DNA of 57,547 nucleotides, the filler included, from Circinaria calcarea (lineage: Eukaryota), in assembly GCA_051942165.1 (NCBI GenBank). It is 4 parts of 4 records of this genome, joined end to end, with 100 filler letters (N's around TTAATTAATTAA, not from the genome) between each part and the next. Parts side by side here need not be neighbours in the genome. Positions count along the whole stretch, not along the records: positions 1 to 14,334 come from JAVECS010000442.1; positions 14,435 to 28,760 come from JAVECS010000443.1; 2 more parts are not named here. The stretch is one strand, 5' to 3'. The translations under genes were made by a program, and so were the position numbers. Each line of letters begins with the position of its first letter. Within the stretch, counting starts at the first letter, position 1. Under the pieces are notes generated by a model. That model worked only from the letters and a program-made list of their open reading frames with translations. It was not told the origin of the DNA and ran no database searches. Below, piece by piece: positions 12,709-26,267 of the stretch.

Positions 12709-14334
12709 GATGTATTCAGGCAAACTCCTGCGTTTTCCGAGATACGTGCTCGCCAGCATCCTCTGCTCGTTCGGCGGCTTTCTCTTCGGGTACGGTCTTC
12801 CTTGGCTCCTGGGGAGGACCACTGTCGCTAATATAAAGCCTCTAGGATGGACACGGGCATCATTGGACCCGTTACGGTTATGGAGAGTTTTGTCTCCAAC
12901 TTTGGCCCAAGGTCCCCTACTGTCCACGGACTGATTGTCTCTGCCATCTCCTCATTCTTCGCTGGACGCTTGGCCGATCGACTAGGGCGGCCCAAAGCCA
13001 TTGCAATCGGTGCTTTGATATTTGGTCTCGGAGCAGCTCTGGAGGCAGGAGCGGTCAGCATTGCCATGTTTGTAGTAGGTAGATGCATTGAAGGTATTGG
13101 CGAAGGGTTATATCTAGGCACCCTGGTCGTGTAAGCCAATTCTCGTTTGGAGTAACCCTTATGCGGCGAGAAAGACATGGCTGATGGCGAACAGCTATAC
13201 TTGCGAGATTTCACCACCCAGCCAAAGAGGGCGTCTATCAACAGGCCCTCAACTACTAACTACTCTGGGTCTGGTAGCTGGGTTTTTTACCTGTTATGGA
13301 ACTGGTAAGATGGAGTCATCACTCGCGTGGCGCACCCCATTTGTCATCTTGGCTTGTCTTTCTGGGGTGTTTTCCATGGCATCGATCTTTTGGCTCGTTC
13401 CTTCTCCGCGATGGTTGACCTTTCGTGGTCTTCAATTCGAAGCATCCGCAGCATGGGACGTCCTCGAAGTCGGTTGTGGAGAGCGCCAAAAGGCCGAGAA
13501 TCAACAGAGCGGGGATACCAACGCCGTTGAACTCCAGAGCCCCACTACCTCTACTGACTCTCCCAATCGAGACCCAGTACCCACCCCAAAACCCGCAACC
13601 AAATCTAGCTTCTGTAATGTCTTCTCCCGTGACGTCCGTACACGTACTGGCCTCGTAGTTTTCATGATGGGTATGCAACAATTCAGTGGCATCGATGGTG
13701 TTCTTTATGTAAGTCTCTTCAAGTCAACTCATGTCCATTCTTCACATGCTTTCCAAGCAGAAACCCACTTAACCCCTGCAAGTACGCTCCTCTCCTCTTC
13801 CAAGAAAGCCGGGCTCGCATCCTCGGAAGCCTCTTTCCTCGCTTCTGGCGTCTCTGCCATTGTTATCTTCGGCGTGACCATCCCGGCTCTCTTCTTAGCC
13901 GATAAGTGGGGCCGCCGACACAATACAGTTTACGGCGGCGTCGGGCTTAGCGCCATAATGTTCCTGATGGGTGGGCTTTACGCCGGAAACGCTGTATACA
14001 GCAGCTTTGGAGCCGGTCGCTGGGTGGTCATTATCTCTATCTATATCTTTATAGTCATCTACAGCATCTCCTGGGCAGTCGGGATCAAGATCTACGCGGT
14101 AGAGATCCAACCATAATAGACGAGAGCATCCGCAGCCAGTCTTGCACAAGGTAGTAACTGGGTCGCAAACTTCCTCGTCGCCTTTGCGACTCTCATTCTC
14201 TTGGCCAAGAGCAGCTACGGGGCCTATTTCTTATTTGGAGGATGTACACTCATTACGGCGGTTGTGTGTGCCATGTACATGCCGGAGACGCGGGGGAAAT
14301 CATTGGATGAGATCGAGGGTGCCTTTTCAGGGGA
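12709..14334 (+). pseudogene. Sugar porter (MFS) probable pseudogene; 3' end cut by spacer
   Basis: FGGFLFG/DTGIIG, ADRLGR, CEISPP..RG, QQFSGIDGVLY, DKWGRR, PETRGKSL motifs; in-frame TAA TAG at 14114-14119 and an extra base near 13804-13807. Confidence 0.8.
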
Positions 14335-14434
14335 NNNNNNNNNNNNNNNNNNNNNNNNNNNNNNNNNNNNNNNNNNNNTTAATTAATTAANNNNNNNNNN
14401 NNNNNNNNNNNNNNNNNNNNNNNNNNNNNNNNNN
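14335..14434. other. Artificial contig spacer (44 N + TTAATTAATTAA + 44 N)
   Basis: Same structure occurs three times; the 12-mer gives stops in all six frames. Confidence 0.97.
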
Positions 14435-14750
14435 TGATCCAAAACCATCATCGTTTCGGCAGTCAGCTGCTCCAGTACCGGGTCAGCAAGGTTGGCGACC
14501 AGGATTCTGGACCGGGGCGCTAGGCGGAGCTGCAGCTGGTTATATGGCAGGGAACAGAGGACAGCAGCAAAGAAGGTACCAGGACCGTCCGAGTAGGATT
14601 TGGAATGGTTTTCAGGATGATCATGACCCAGGAGAAGGGAGTTCAGGATGGGGAAGCGGTGGAAGGACAAGGTCGTCGGGTTCGTCAGGCTCATCATTCT
14701 CGTCAACGAGGCATGAAAGTACTGGCTTCGGATCTACAAGCAGACGTTGA
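14435..14750 (+). CDS. SARAF-like (DUF1183) protein, C-terminal fragment
   Basis: GWRPGFWTGALGGAAAGYMAG ... STRHESTGFGSTSRR* resembles the C-terminus of fungal SARAF homologues; 5' part lost in the spacer. Confidence 0.75.
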
Positions 14751-15415
14751 CCTTTCTCACGGCATTGGGCGGAATGGGCATGCTGGACTCAAGTATTTGT
14801 TCAAGGAAGGGCATTAGTTTCGGGCGTCTTGATATCTGTACCCAAACTGCAGGAATTATCAAAATACCATCAATATTCCAGCACTCATGCTTCAATTCCT
14901 CCAAGCATATCAGAAACGCCCTTTGGGTGGCCTCCAAATCCAACCATCGTACTCAGCGACCCTTCCACGAAACTGCCTTGATCCCATCCTTTCTCATTAG
15001 GAGTATCCAATGTGACGTATGAAGATGCTGAGACTAAAGCGAAAAAAAATCGCGACTAAGGAAGATTCGTCGGCCGTGGAACCCTCCTTTTTTTTGGGCT
15101 CATGTCTCAATAAAAGTCTACAACTCACAAGGGAAACCACCCATCCAAAGTTTCAAGGTTCAAGGTTTTTCTACCTGTTTTATCAAAGCCATATCCCCAA
15201 AAAAGGTATACAGCTCATTCAACTGCTACTAGTAGCTTGGTTCACACCATGAGCATATCTACCTCTGGGCTTATTATCTTGAATGTGAGAGGACTAATAA
15301 TATTACATTCGATGCCTATCCCAGTCCACAAGTTTCCGCAAGCTCAACGTGACCAAATATTGCCACTCACATGCTCCAACAGATTACACCCCACCCATAA
15401 TCAATGCCTGTGCAT

Positions 15416-17251
15416 TCATCCAGTCATTGGTCTTTGGTCCTTTCCAGTCATCCTTCCCCAAACGCCTTCGAATAAACCCTTCGTGGCTCCAATGACCCCT
15501 TCCCCCTGTTCCACCACCCTCGCCACCCCACCCTCCACAACCCGCTCAGCCGTCTCATTCGCCTTCTCCTCGTCCGACTTGTCCCCGCCGTAACGTACCC
15601 CATCACTCCCTTCGGCTTCAAACTCGAAATTGCTACTGTAAATCACCGCCGCAAAAGCTTCCAGTTCTCTGACCCCCTCCATTGCTTGGACGTACTCATT
15701 TGGTACTCCATTACCTATCGAGTGCGCTTGCCGAGTCATGACGGCTAAGATGTTTGCAAGTTTAGTTTTAGCTTGCGTTAGGTCGGCGCTTGCATGGTCT
15801 GCATCTAAAGATGGCAATGCAGGATCAAGTATTTCTTGAACTCGAAGTGCGGGATCTATGGACACGGAATCAGAGACGGGAGGAGAGAGCTTAAAGGCTT
15901 GAGAACGAAGTTTTTGATCTGTTAGGTGGGAGAATGCCGTGTCGAGGAGGAGGGTAAGGATATGTGTGAACGTTGGAGAATCGATGAGATCAGAGGTTTC
16001 ATCCAGGAGGCGGCGCAGAGCGGGTGGGGTTGAGGTAGTAGGGGGTGAGGGTGGTGTAGCCTCTGAAGTAGGGGAAGGGGAACTGGATGTAGAAGGTGGA
16101 GTAGCAGACATTCCGGATTCGTGGAGAACGAACTCCTCTTGATCCTGAGGAGGCAGGAGATATGGGAGCCATTTTTGGGTTCTGGAAACGTTAATTAAGG
16201 TACAGAATTTGGGCTTAGTGGATATCTCACTTTCGGTCCTCTGGGGTAGCTCCTTCAACCTTCTTCCTCACGTCGACGACTAAGGACGATAGCCGTTCAA
16301 GCGAAATATCTTCCCGAGGATTCAGAGGACCGAACACTTCTTTGACTGCTGTTTCGACCTTCTCCATAATAGCCTTCCATCCTCGATGTAGAAGCCACCA
16401 ACTGAATGTTAGGAACTTTCGATTCGTCTCAAAATCATTACCATATGATTGTTCATCTCGATCATCGTCGTGGTTCTCTAGACTTATTGTAGGATCGTTC
16501 GGCGCTTGTGTTGCTAGCGATACAACACTGGAAAGGTAGCTTCGCCGGCCTAGGAGGTTGAGCTGTAGGCGGGTAAGGAGGGTAAGTAGAGAAAGCGTAT
16601 AGATTAGGGTAAAACATCTTGTTATCGCTTGGGATAGTTAGTAGGGAACCTTCGCTTAAAAGACGTCCGGACCGCGCTCACAACTTATTTTTAACTCGTT
16701 CCATAACTGTGGCTTGGTTTTCTTTGGTCTTTGTAAGCCAGCCTCGCTGTTGCTTGAACTAGATGCAGCTATCTGACTCATATGTATAAAGCTCTCGGCT
16801 TGGACGCTCGAGAGACTCCTTCCGTCTTCGTCTGTGACACTCGGAGTTCCGGAAGAAAGGTCTGAAGGCGCAGTGTCCAAAGCGCCCGCGCTTCGACCCA
16901 ATCTCTCCGCTTTCTGCTGTTGCAGCTCGTGCGTAATCTTTTCTACAGGTAATGCTTCGAGTACGTTTTCCGCGGCTGTAGGCAGTAGAGCAAGTACTGT
17001 AAAAGTACAATCTTCCTGATTTTGCTGAAATCGACGTCGCAGGCTGGATGTCATTAGCTGAAGAAGTCAAGGGACGTTGGAAGAAAAGCGTACTTCTCGC
17101 GAGCAATGCGATCGATACTCATGCGCTCTCTTGCTTCAGATATCTTATTGATAATATACTGGCCGGCAATATATCCCACCCCCAGCACTCCAAACCCAAT
17201 CGCAAAGTTCGTGCGGTGCCGCCGCAGCCATCTTCGAGTGGTACTTATCAT
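15416..17251 (-). CDS. PEX3: Peroxin 3
   Basis: MISTTRRWLRRHRTNFAIGFG, LRRRFQQNQEDCTFTVLALLPT, FSWWLLHRGW, LRRLLDETSDLIDSP, ELEAFAAVIYSSNF; multi-exon. Confidence 0.93.
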
Positions 17252-17654
17252 GACCCAGGAGCAATGGGATACACCGGCGTGACTATTCAAGCTTACCCTC
17301 ACGTCGGCGGCCAATTCTGATATCAAGATGGTAAATAAAAACGAGTGGCCGAGGCTCCTTCGCTCAATCTCGAATCAACAGCAATGATGCGCATTCCAAT
17401 TGCTTGGCACTGATGTTTCAGGTGATTGGGATCACGCTATGGTACGGAGGTAGCGCCGGGAGTCTCTTATCGGGAGGGGTCCCTTTCCAGCCCCCGTCCT
17501 TTGTGGTGGGGCACCAGATTGGGAGAGATGCGACGACAGTCATGTCACGGACGCTTGTCCGACTCGGTATCTTCAAGTGATACCCACGACAAGTTATTTC
17601 CATGCGATGGCTTCTTACTAGAGGCACAAGAGCAAGAGCACATAGCCAGAAGAC

Positions 17655-18367
17655 ATGGAACAACGGCGCCCTCCCGAGTACATACTCAAAGTATTTGCCG
17701 ACCCGACCAGCATCAAAGACATTGTTCGAGGTTGCTCTCCTGCACTCCATTTGCATGGCTTGCCCGATCTAACCAAATGGGCCAGGTATCCTTCATACCA
17801 TCTTCTTTCATCGCTATTTCCCTACTCTCCGCCCGTCCACTATTGAAGTACTCGATCTCACCCTCCCTTTCGTTCCGGATCCTGAGCTCGAAACTCTCAT
17901 TGAGACGCGCATCTCTCAACTTTACAGACAGTTGTCCGCTACAAATTCTCCTAGCAGCAGTTTACGAGGCCAACTGGGCGTTCAATACTTTGAGAAAAGG
18001 CGGCGGAAGGGCGGGGGCCTCGGATGGTTCTCGAGTGGCGCAAAAGTGGAAGAGGAGGTTTGCTGGGAGGTTTGGAGGCTAGAAGTCACGCTGGCAATGC
18101 CGAAGACTGAAACTGGTGGGTTGATTGTGCCCCGTTGGGAAAGGGATTCAGTTGTTCTGCTAAACGCTGGCATATACAGAACGTATGAAGGTCGCCAAGG
18201 CCATGGAGACTACCCTTCAGACGGCAGTCTTGAAAATTGTTACCATCGTCAATCAACACAAGGACCACATCCCCCCTATTACGACGAGCGAGACTAATCC
18301 TTTCCCTTACCAAATACAGTTGAACCCGAGGATCGAAGGTTGGGCTAAGACCATCGGTATGCACTGA
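17655..18367 (+). CDS. ATG101: Autophagy-related protein 101 (DUF1649)
   Basis: MEQRRPPEYILKVFADP, ILHTIFFHRYFP, EEEVCWEVW, KDHIPPITTSETNPFPYQI; two introns. Confidence 0.88.
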
Positions 18368-18812
18368 GCTTCCATCAATTCTTGCGTCTGGAGTGTGTAT
18401 AATACTGCGATAGAGCTATGTACGGACACAATTTTGTAGAAGGCGTTTACGGCGTTAGTAGAGGGTGTATGGGCTATGATACGTTGGTGTGTAGGTATGA
18501 GAGTTATTAACATGATTTCTTTTCGAGTTCACGATGAGAAAATCAGTGAGACCTATAGGTAGAGTTTCAAAGGAATGTTTCGAGAACCCCGTCATTGAAT
18601 AGGAGACTGAACAAGGAATGATACTGCATAATCATAGGCAGTTTTGCTTCGCTTGCCACTCTAACCGTTCACCGTTCACCGCCAATCGTATACACCCGAA
18701 TTACTGCAATGTTCCATGTAAAGTTTCGTACCTCCAAGGAACATTGACCATCATTCCAGTACAGGTATAATCGTCACTCGTTCCTACTCAACCAGATTCT
18801 TCCCACCTGGAT

Positions 18813-19726
18813 CTACATAGCATGTGGCTTGCTGGTAGCCTGGTCTGCTTGGGAGCGAAGGTTGGCCGCAGTAGATCCACTTTGAGAAAAGTAGCGGGAG
18901 AAGACCGGCTGAATGAATGAGCGGAAAACAATTTGAGCACCACTGGAAGACCTCGATGTCAGCACTTGATGCAGATACTTTAAGTTAGAGTTAATATTTA
19001 CTGAGTCTGGGGAAGGGCCATCCATAAAACAAGAACGAACTTGAATGTATAGTAGAAGGCTGAAACGCCGTCAGTATAAGCAAATCCAGATGAGGTCAGT
19101 AGCCAACATACGGAACCAATACACGGCGTTGACTGCGCTTTCAAAGACAGTGAGGAAAGCATAAACCACCCAGTACTAGTTGACAAGTCCAACCGAGTCA
19201 GTCGCGTGTCACCACATCATGAGCTACTATATGTGGTCAAGTGACTTACAGTCAGCCACTATGGAGTTGTTAGCAGGTGATGCATCCGTAGATTTGATAA
19301 CTCTGGCCATCTCGCAATGCATTGCTAGATCATCATCAGGTATGGAAAGAGCGGACTTACTTGAGTGTCGTCGGTCTTGCTAGTACTGAATAGCGCATCC
19401 AAAGAGTAATACCCAGGGATGATGAAACCAGCGATGTTGACAAGGAATTCGCCGGCGATGTTGAAAAATATCAAAAAGAAGTAGATTCCGACGAGGCCGA
19501 GGAAGGCGTATACTTTAGGCACAGAAGTCTGCTTCTCAAAGTTGTTGAGGGCTGGATACTTTGAGAGCTGTGATGTAAATGGTATCAGCATTAAAATACA
19601 AACCCTTTGCGCAGAGACGGAATCGGAGCTCGGAGAGCAAGCTGGAACTGAATTGGTTTGGGGACAGGAACGAACCTCCTTATCTATCTGGCCGATCTGG
19701 TGTTGAGTGCGGTCTTGGAACGACAT
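18813..19726 (-). CDS. YOP1: ER-shaping protein Yop1 (DP1/REEP, TB2/HVA22 family)
   Basis: MSFQDR..DKE/LSKYPALNNFEKQTSVPKVY, GFIIPGYYS, DDTQ, YWVVY, FYYTFKFVLVLWMALPQT; many short exons. Confidence 0.92.
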
Positions 19727-20385
19727 GGTAGATTAATAGTCGGGATTACGATGTTAGCTCGCGTGTAGTCTTAGTTCTTCTCAAGAGATATCGAGTAGAC
19801 AGAGTGGATGCGTGCAATGAGATATCTCGTGCGTGTGCAGATGAAGAGACGAAGAGTGAACGTCAGAAGCTCTCGGGCCCACTCTCGTGCGATCCAACTC
19901 GAAAGTTACGGAGCTAAGACAAGATGGGCCACCGTAGGATAATCGTCTTTCGCCGTTCGCCGTTTCCCAAGTAACATCTTTCTGTTTACGTCCGTTTCTG
20001 GTCCGAGCAGAAATTCCCATGAACAACCCTTAACTGGTGATTCATTACCGCCAGCTCCTTGTAGGCATACTCGAACTCGCCGAGTATCCTTCCGCCATCC
20101 GGTTCAGAGAAGACTATAGGTCGCTGTCCTTTCTGCCGCCGCAGCACCTCCCACGGATCACGACCTTCGGTTGTGGGAACTCGTCCACCGCTCCCAAAAC
20201 CGCCTACAGCCCTTGACTATTACCTCGAGGATCTCGCTGGTCATTACAGCTTCATCTTGCAGTGCTGAACAGGGCCTATGTCGAGTAGTGAATGGCCTGG
20301 TCCTGTCGACATACGTCCATCGCGCCAACCCGTACTTGTTAGGTAAACAGACACTCGACCTGGCGCATACCCGACAGCAATTCAG

Positions 20386-23129
20386 ATGGCCCCAAAGTCT
20401 CCTAGGTCACGCTCGACCACGTCCGCCTCAGTTACAAGTACCCACCGCCCCAAATCACGACAATCGACTACTAGCATCCAATCTGCCAGTATCCAGCCAG
20501 CGCATCCCTACCAGCACGCCGCCGAACCAATCTTCCAAGTGCAGTCGCAACCGAATTCCTCAGCTTTCCATGGCACCCCAGAGGAAATGATTACTCGTTC
20601 GTCACATCAACTGACCAACCCGAACAATGTCTATGCTATTGATCCGTCCTTACAAAACAACGCACTATATGCCGCACAGTATAGCGTAGAAAACAGCTTC
20701 GGGCATGCAGGAGGGATAGCAAGATCTGCCATCGCCACGAACCATACTTTTGAAGAGAGGGAAAGTCAGGGACCCGAAACGAGGCTCGAGGAACAAGGAA
20801 TTGATGAAAGTGTCGGAGACGGTAGCAGGAGGAAGAAAGGCTCCGCGTCAAGTCAAGCAAACGACATCGAATTAAGGAGACTGTTTAGAGAGAATCAAGG
20901 CCGTGATTTGAATGAACTAGCGGCGCAAGTTTTAGAAAAGAAGTCCGAGAAAACCAAGCAGATCTTTGGGATGCTATGGTAGAACCAGCCAATATACCAC
21001 AGACTTTCTACAAGCTTACATTTCATAGGTTGTCTGCAAACTGCAAACGCTCAAACCACTCTGTACCCCGGAACCGAGTATTTGCTCATTATGCCACTCG
21101 ATGTGGTAACGAAAGGGTCCCTCCACTCAACCCAGCCTCGTTTGGGAAACTAGTTCGCATCATATTTCCAGGCATTGCGACTCGCCGACTGGGTGTACGA
21201 GGAGAATCCAAGTATCACTACGTGGAATTGAGTCTTACTATAGAAGACCAGCAGGAGCCTTTCAATATCCCAAGGTCTCAAAGTGTAGCAGCAGATGAGC
21301 ATGGCGGACAGCATGGACTAGAGAGACCCAGTAGCCGAAAGTAAGCCTATATATCACTCCCAACACGCGAACGCATCCCCTTTAAGCGAATCTACCTTCC
21401 ACAGTGTTGAAGGAGAGCAACGATGAGTTTGTTGTGCATTTACTAACTCATAACTCTCCACAGCCAACGACAACTCATCCCAGCCGACTCTGCTCTGTTT
21501 CCCTCTCCAGAGAGTCCGCCAGATATCCATTCATCCATTCCCACTTCACGACCAGGTATGGCGGCTTCACTGGGGCAAGTCTTCATGAAACCCAACTGCA
21601 ATGACAGCTTCCCAACTCGCGCACGAACGGTTACTCGAATGCTCAAGTTCCCTAGCTCGACGAATCCAACGGCCCGAGACGATGGACCTTTACAATTACC
21701 CAGCATAGAACCTTACCTCCCAGCCGGCGCGGATCCAGATGCCGTGCGCTCACTTACATCTGTCTACCGTACTCACTGTACATGTACTATCGACAATTTT
21801 CGTTTTTGTAAGAGCAATGAGTTCTTCGAGGGCTACAAATCCCTCTGCGGCTTGTTAACTGTACCCGGCCTCAAGCTACTGATGCATCCTAATATAGCTC
21901 CATGGATCACAGCATGCGAATGGCTCAAGTATCAGAAAATGATGCCAGTGCTTGATGGCACGGTGCTTTCCCAGGTACCCACAAAAGTCATGAATCACAT
22001 GGATATGATCCGTGTGCATCTTTGCGACAAAATATCCGAATGTTCTCAAAATCAGCCAGCTCATGTCCGAGATGCAATGCTCGGCCCTGCCACCATATTC
22101 ACCAACCTTCTCCAGCGAATGCTTCGGGTACATAGATCAGCAACCGATGTGGCTGGCACACTCAACGATGATGCCATTCGTGAGCAATTATGGACTGATT
22201 GGGTCTACCATGTCGATCCGTACTGGATAGTCTCGGAATCACTGATTGGTCAAGATCGTGGCCACAATCGGGTCCTACACATTCTGACGCAAGATGTGCG
22301 TGAGATCCTCGGTCCCTTAGACGTGAATACCACAATTGGAGCTGGCACTATATTCGACCATAATCCATTTGCCAGTAACGGCATGTCACATACCGAAGTG
22401 GATGTCACCCACAGCTTTGTGGATCGGCTGGCGCAATTCCTGGGTAATCTTCCCTTCCGCTTTCCTGGCGTCGACGCCCGAGAGTTGGTCGCATACGTCC
22501 ATACGATCGGCAACTGTGTCTCCAAAAATTTAAGTCTGAACGGGGCAGCCAGTCTAGCAAGCTGGTGGAGGATCTGGATTTTCCTTGGCGAGATGGGCAG
22601 TTGGCTTGCCGAGAAAGGCGGTTTTCTCGAATTTGGCCCTGAGACCATGAATGTTTCAAACATCCGTCCACCTAATGTGTACGGCAGAGGGAGTGGAGGA
22701 TACGGCTTCGAGAGTGCTAGCGACGGCTTTGGATCTTCTCGACCGAGGACTGCGGCGTACATTAGTGTGGATCAGCAAACCCGGTTTGGCAGCGAAGATA
22801 CTGGGAATACATACTCAAACCATGGTCACGATGTGGGCCGCGACACGGAGACCAGACACAACACCTCTCACATCGACCTCAACGCGCACCGCTTTCACCA
22901 CCATCAAACCCGTGATGCCGACAATGCTACACAAGCCCTGAAGTCAGAAAACCAACTTCAACACCCTCGACGTGCCAGCGCCATCAACCAAACAGGGCCT
23001 GATACTGGTTTGGACCACGACGACAGCGGTATTGGCATGAGTCTCGATGACGACTTTGGGATGGGAAAATTCAACGGCTTCGTTGATCCCGTTCATGGTT
23101 CTGATCCGGCTGACGTGGTCGTCTGCTAG
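20386..23129 (+). CDS. RFX-family winged-helix transcription factor (CPCR1/RFX1-like)
   Basis: VPRNRVFAHYA...PLNPASFGKLVRIIFPGIATRRLGVRGESKYHY RFX DNA-binding domain; introns near 20979-21028 and 21341-21463. Confidence 0.9.
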
Positions 23130-24281
23130 ATTGAGAAAAGAGAAGTAACAGAGTGGAGGAGAATGATTGATACCCACGCTAATGTCCTCATGCATCATGA
23201 CACGGATACGATACGTACGGAAAGGGTTTAATTAATTGGATAAGGGATGAGGGCGATTTGGATCCGGGCCGGAGAGGGAGGGTGGGGAAGCGAAAGGGAG
23301 TTGGCTACGTACGGTTACATACTTTATATCGCTGCCACTGCTGCGGCTCCCTAGTCTCGCATCTCAGCTTCCTTTTTTTCTTTTCACAAGCAGCTTTAAC
23401 TCGAGCGGAAACATGGAGGTATCTTGTTGCTATGGGTGCGTTAGGCGACGCCTCGATATTCCAGCTAGCTCTTTTGTCTTGGGTAACTCGTAGCTGGCTG
23501 GCTGGCCTTTGGCTATTTTTTCTTTCTTTTTGGAGCTCTTTGACTCTGAGGGGGTCCTTGGATAGGATAGGATAGGATAGGACAAGATATCTTTGAACTC
23601 CCCCTGACTATCCGTCTATTTATCCCATTGTCTTGGGGCGACCCTTGTTACACTACCTAGTAATTGTCTCGAGCCTACTACCATTAAATAACCGTATTTG
23701 GAAAACCTTTCACCGTTTAGGGTTACCCCTACCTTACCTAACCAGGCCCATGCTCTTTGGTTAAGGAAGGGCTCGTGTGCCTCCCTGCCTTGCATATGGA
23801 TGTACGCTTTGGTTATTTCTGAACTGAGGCCCGTGTCGACATTTAGCTTCAGGTTTTTGGATTTCTTCTTCATTACTTACTACGCAGCGGAAATATCAGA
23901 AGGGAAAGGGGATGGATGGATGGGAACTGTTTTTGGCTATTACTGTTTGTTCCAGGTTGGCTCTTTCCAAGGCTGGCTGGATGCCGAATATCTGTCTGTC
24001 TGGCCTTCAGCTTACTTTGTCTGCCCGCTTGGTTATGATACCAAAGGGTAGGTAGTAGAAAATTGTTTTTGGCAATCGCCGGCTACCCTCCATCTCTATC
24101 AAATGTGGTGAATCCGGACTGATAGTAATGAAAAGAGTGTATGTATTGCTTGCGTGAGCCTTTGCTACACCGGCTGTGTCATGCTACTGCCCAAAAAATA
24201 TCTACCGCGAGTTTAACGGCTCGATTTTAAATTAGACACCCAGTAATGACAGTAAAGACTCGCTCTCAGACACTCAATCTC

Positions 24282-26267
24282 TCACATCATCTGGACGGAT
24301 GGGAAAAACCGTGTGCCTGCAAATCCATGAGCAACAATGCTTTGTATATCGATGTTCTGGTCCTTTGCTGGACTCCACAGTTTAAGAAGAATGAACTTCC
24401 CAGACCTAGATCGGAATACACGTTAAACCTCATTCATAATGTAGCACGTAGAGTGTCTTCTGGCAAGATCAAAAACTCACACAGAAGGATCAAACTTAAT
24501 GCTAACCATACTCTTTTCCCTCTCGATGAAGAACCTAGCATGCGGTGCCAGAACCTCCACTTTCTTTCTCATTTCAGTCTCAGCATCATCATCCACACCA
24601 TCTATAGCCCATTCTATCTTGCTTGGCGTAGCTCTACGTCTACGACGTCCGCTCCTGGTGTATGGACCATCATGAGGGACGTTACTGGTCCAACGTTCTT
24701 CCACATCATCCTCGGAAGATGATGGCGAGGATGAAAGCATACGATCTCGCCGGGAACGATCTGCTAACGTTGCAGGGCTAGACTCTTCCTCTTCATCACC
24801 TGACGGTTCGTCACAGGTTATCGAAACGTTGAAGAGAGGAGGAATTGGCGGACTCATAGTTCGAGGTGGAGGAGTGGAGTCGTCGCCCAAGTTAATCAAT
24901 GGGGATAGGTCATCGGCTGAAGTTAGATGGACCGGTTCATGCTCCCTACGCGGAAGAGGACGCGGCCGAGAATTGAGCATGGCCGCTGGGATGGCACGGG
25001 CGGATGGATAATCTGCACGGCGGGAAGGTGGACGGTTATCGTTGTACTCTCCTATGGTAGTTTGAACATTGCCCACTGCTGAAGGTGGTCTGTACGGCGC
25101 TCGTGGACCAGGATTACCGTCACTGACTAGGAGTGGCGGCGGTGGAGGAGGTGGTGGCGGTGGGGGTATAGATTCTCGAAGGTGATACTGTGCTGTCCGA
25201 GGCAAAAGCTCATCTGAAGTCATCGAGATAAAGATCAGACCCTCTTGGATACTATTAGAACCACCGATGCTCATGTCAGTACGGCCTAAGCCTTGACAAG
25301 TTAATGTAGGGTGCATACGGTGAAGTAAAGCCTGTTGCGGGAGCTTTGATGACCAATTTCTTCAGACAAAATGGCGTTTCCCCCTGATGACGCAGAATGA
25401 TGTTGCATCTATTACTCTCGGTGCAGTAGACACTTTTGTCGTTTCTCAAAACATTCTCTGGCCAATAAGAGTACCTTCCATGGCCAGCCGAGTCATTGTA
25501 GTGGCCCCCGTCACAACTAGCAATCTCCATCTTGAGTGGTCCGGGGACCACCTGTCCATGATAACCGTAACTGAAACCAGGTAAAGGCCCGCCAAGGGAG
25601 TCTGAATCAAGCTTCCTTCGTTTTGTCCGTCTCCGATTTACATCTGCCTCACCAAGATAGTCTTCTGAATTGGCGTTACGAGATGTCATAGGTGGTGTGG
25701 GTTCGTCCAGGAGAGAGCTAAGATTTGAACTAGCTTCCGTCAGTCGCTCTACTGCGTCTTGTACCGAAGAAATGCTATGGGAGATAGCATCTCCTTCAAG
25801 CTGCGGTCGAAGTCGCTGTCTCTGTAGATGACGCTGGCTAGGTATTGCACGAAGTCGAGACCGGATTGTGGCGAGTGAATCATCATCACCTGCTGTACGC
25901 GAGCTGCTTGTGGTGGGGGGAGCAGCGGCTCGGAGCTGGTTGATCTCCTCTGCCTGGATTTCTTGTACGCGGGCTCTCCTCTGACGGCCTTCTGTGATAT
26001 CTGCTGCGGTGTTGGAAACTTCCATGTCTTGACGCCCACTTGGGGGGTTTCTGCGGGAAGTTTGCATACGGCGGCGACGAGAGCCTGCATTCGAGGAACT
26101 CAAGGGTGTTGCAGCTGGATGTGGTGGGAGATTACTCGGTGGCGTGTGGTTCGGCACGTGGGAGAAATCATAGTCACTCGGCTATCAAAGTGTCAACACG
26201 CTGGATCAGTATGTGGTTTCTAAGCGACCGAGATAGGAAAGCGGAGCACAGTAAGTTGCCATACCAT
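24282..26267 (-). CDS. Uncharacterised fungal protein with a split galactose-binding/discoidin-like beta-sandwich; start inferred
   Basis: LKMEIASCDGG, ENVLRNDKSVYCT, CNIILRH, LKKLVIKAP / IQEGLIFISM and spliced last exon SGKFILLKLWSP..NIDIQSIVAHGFAG*; ATG at 26267 immediately followed by a GTATGG donor. Confidence 0.7.

Noticed and set aside
14335..14434. Palindromic TTAATTAATTAA within N runs, repeated at 28761-28860 and 43177-43276
   Set aside because: Identical artificial six-frame-stop contig linker, not biological; it also invalidates gene-cluster inferences across it
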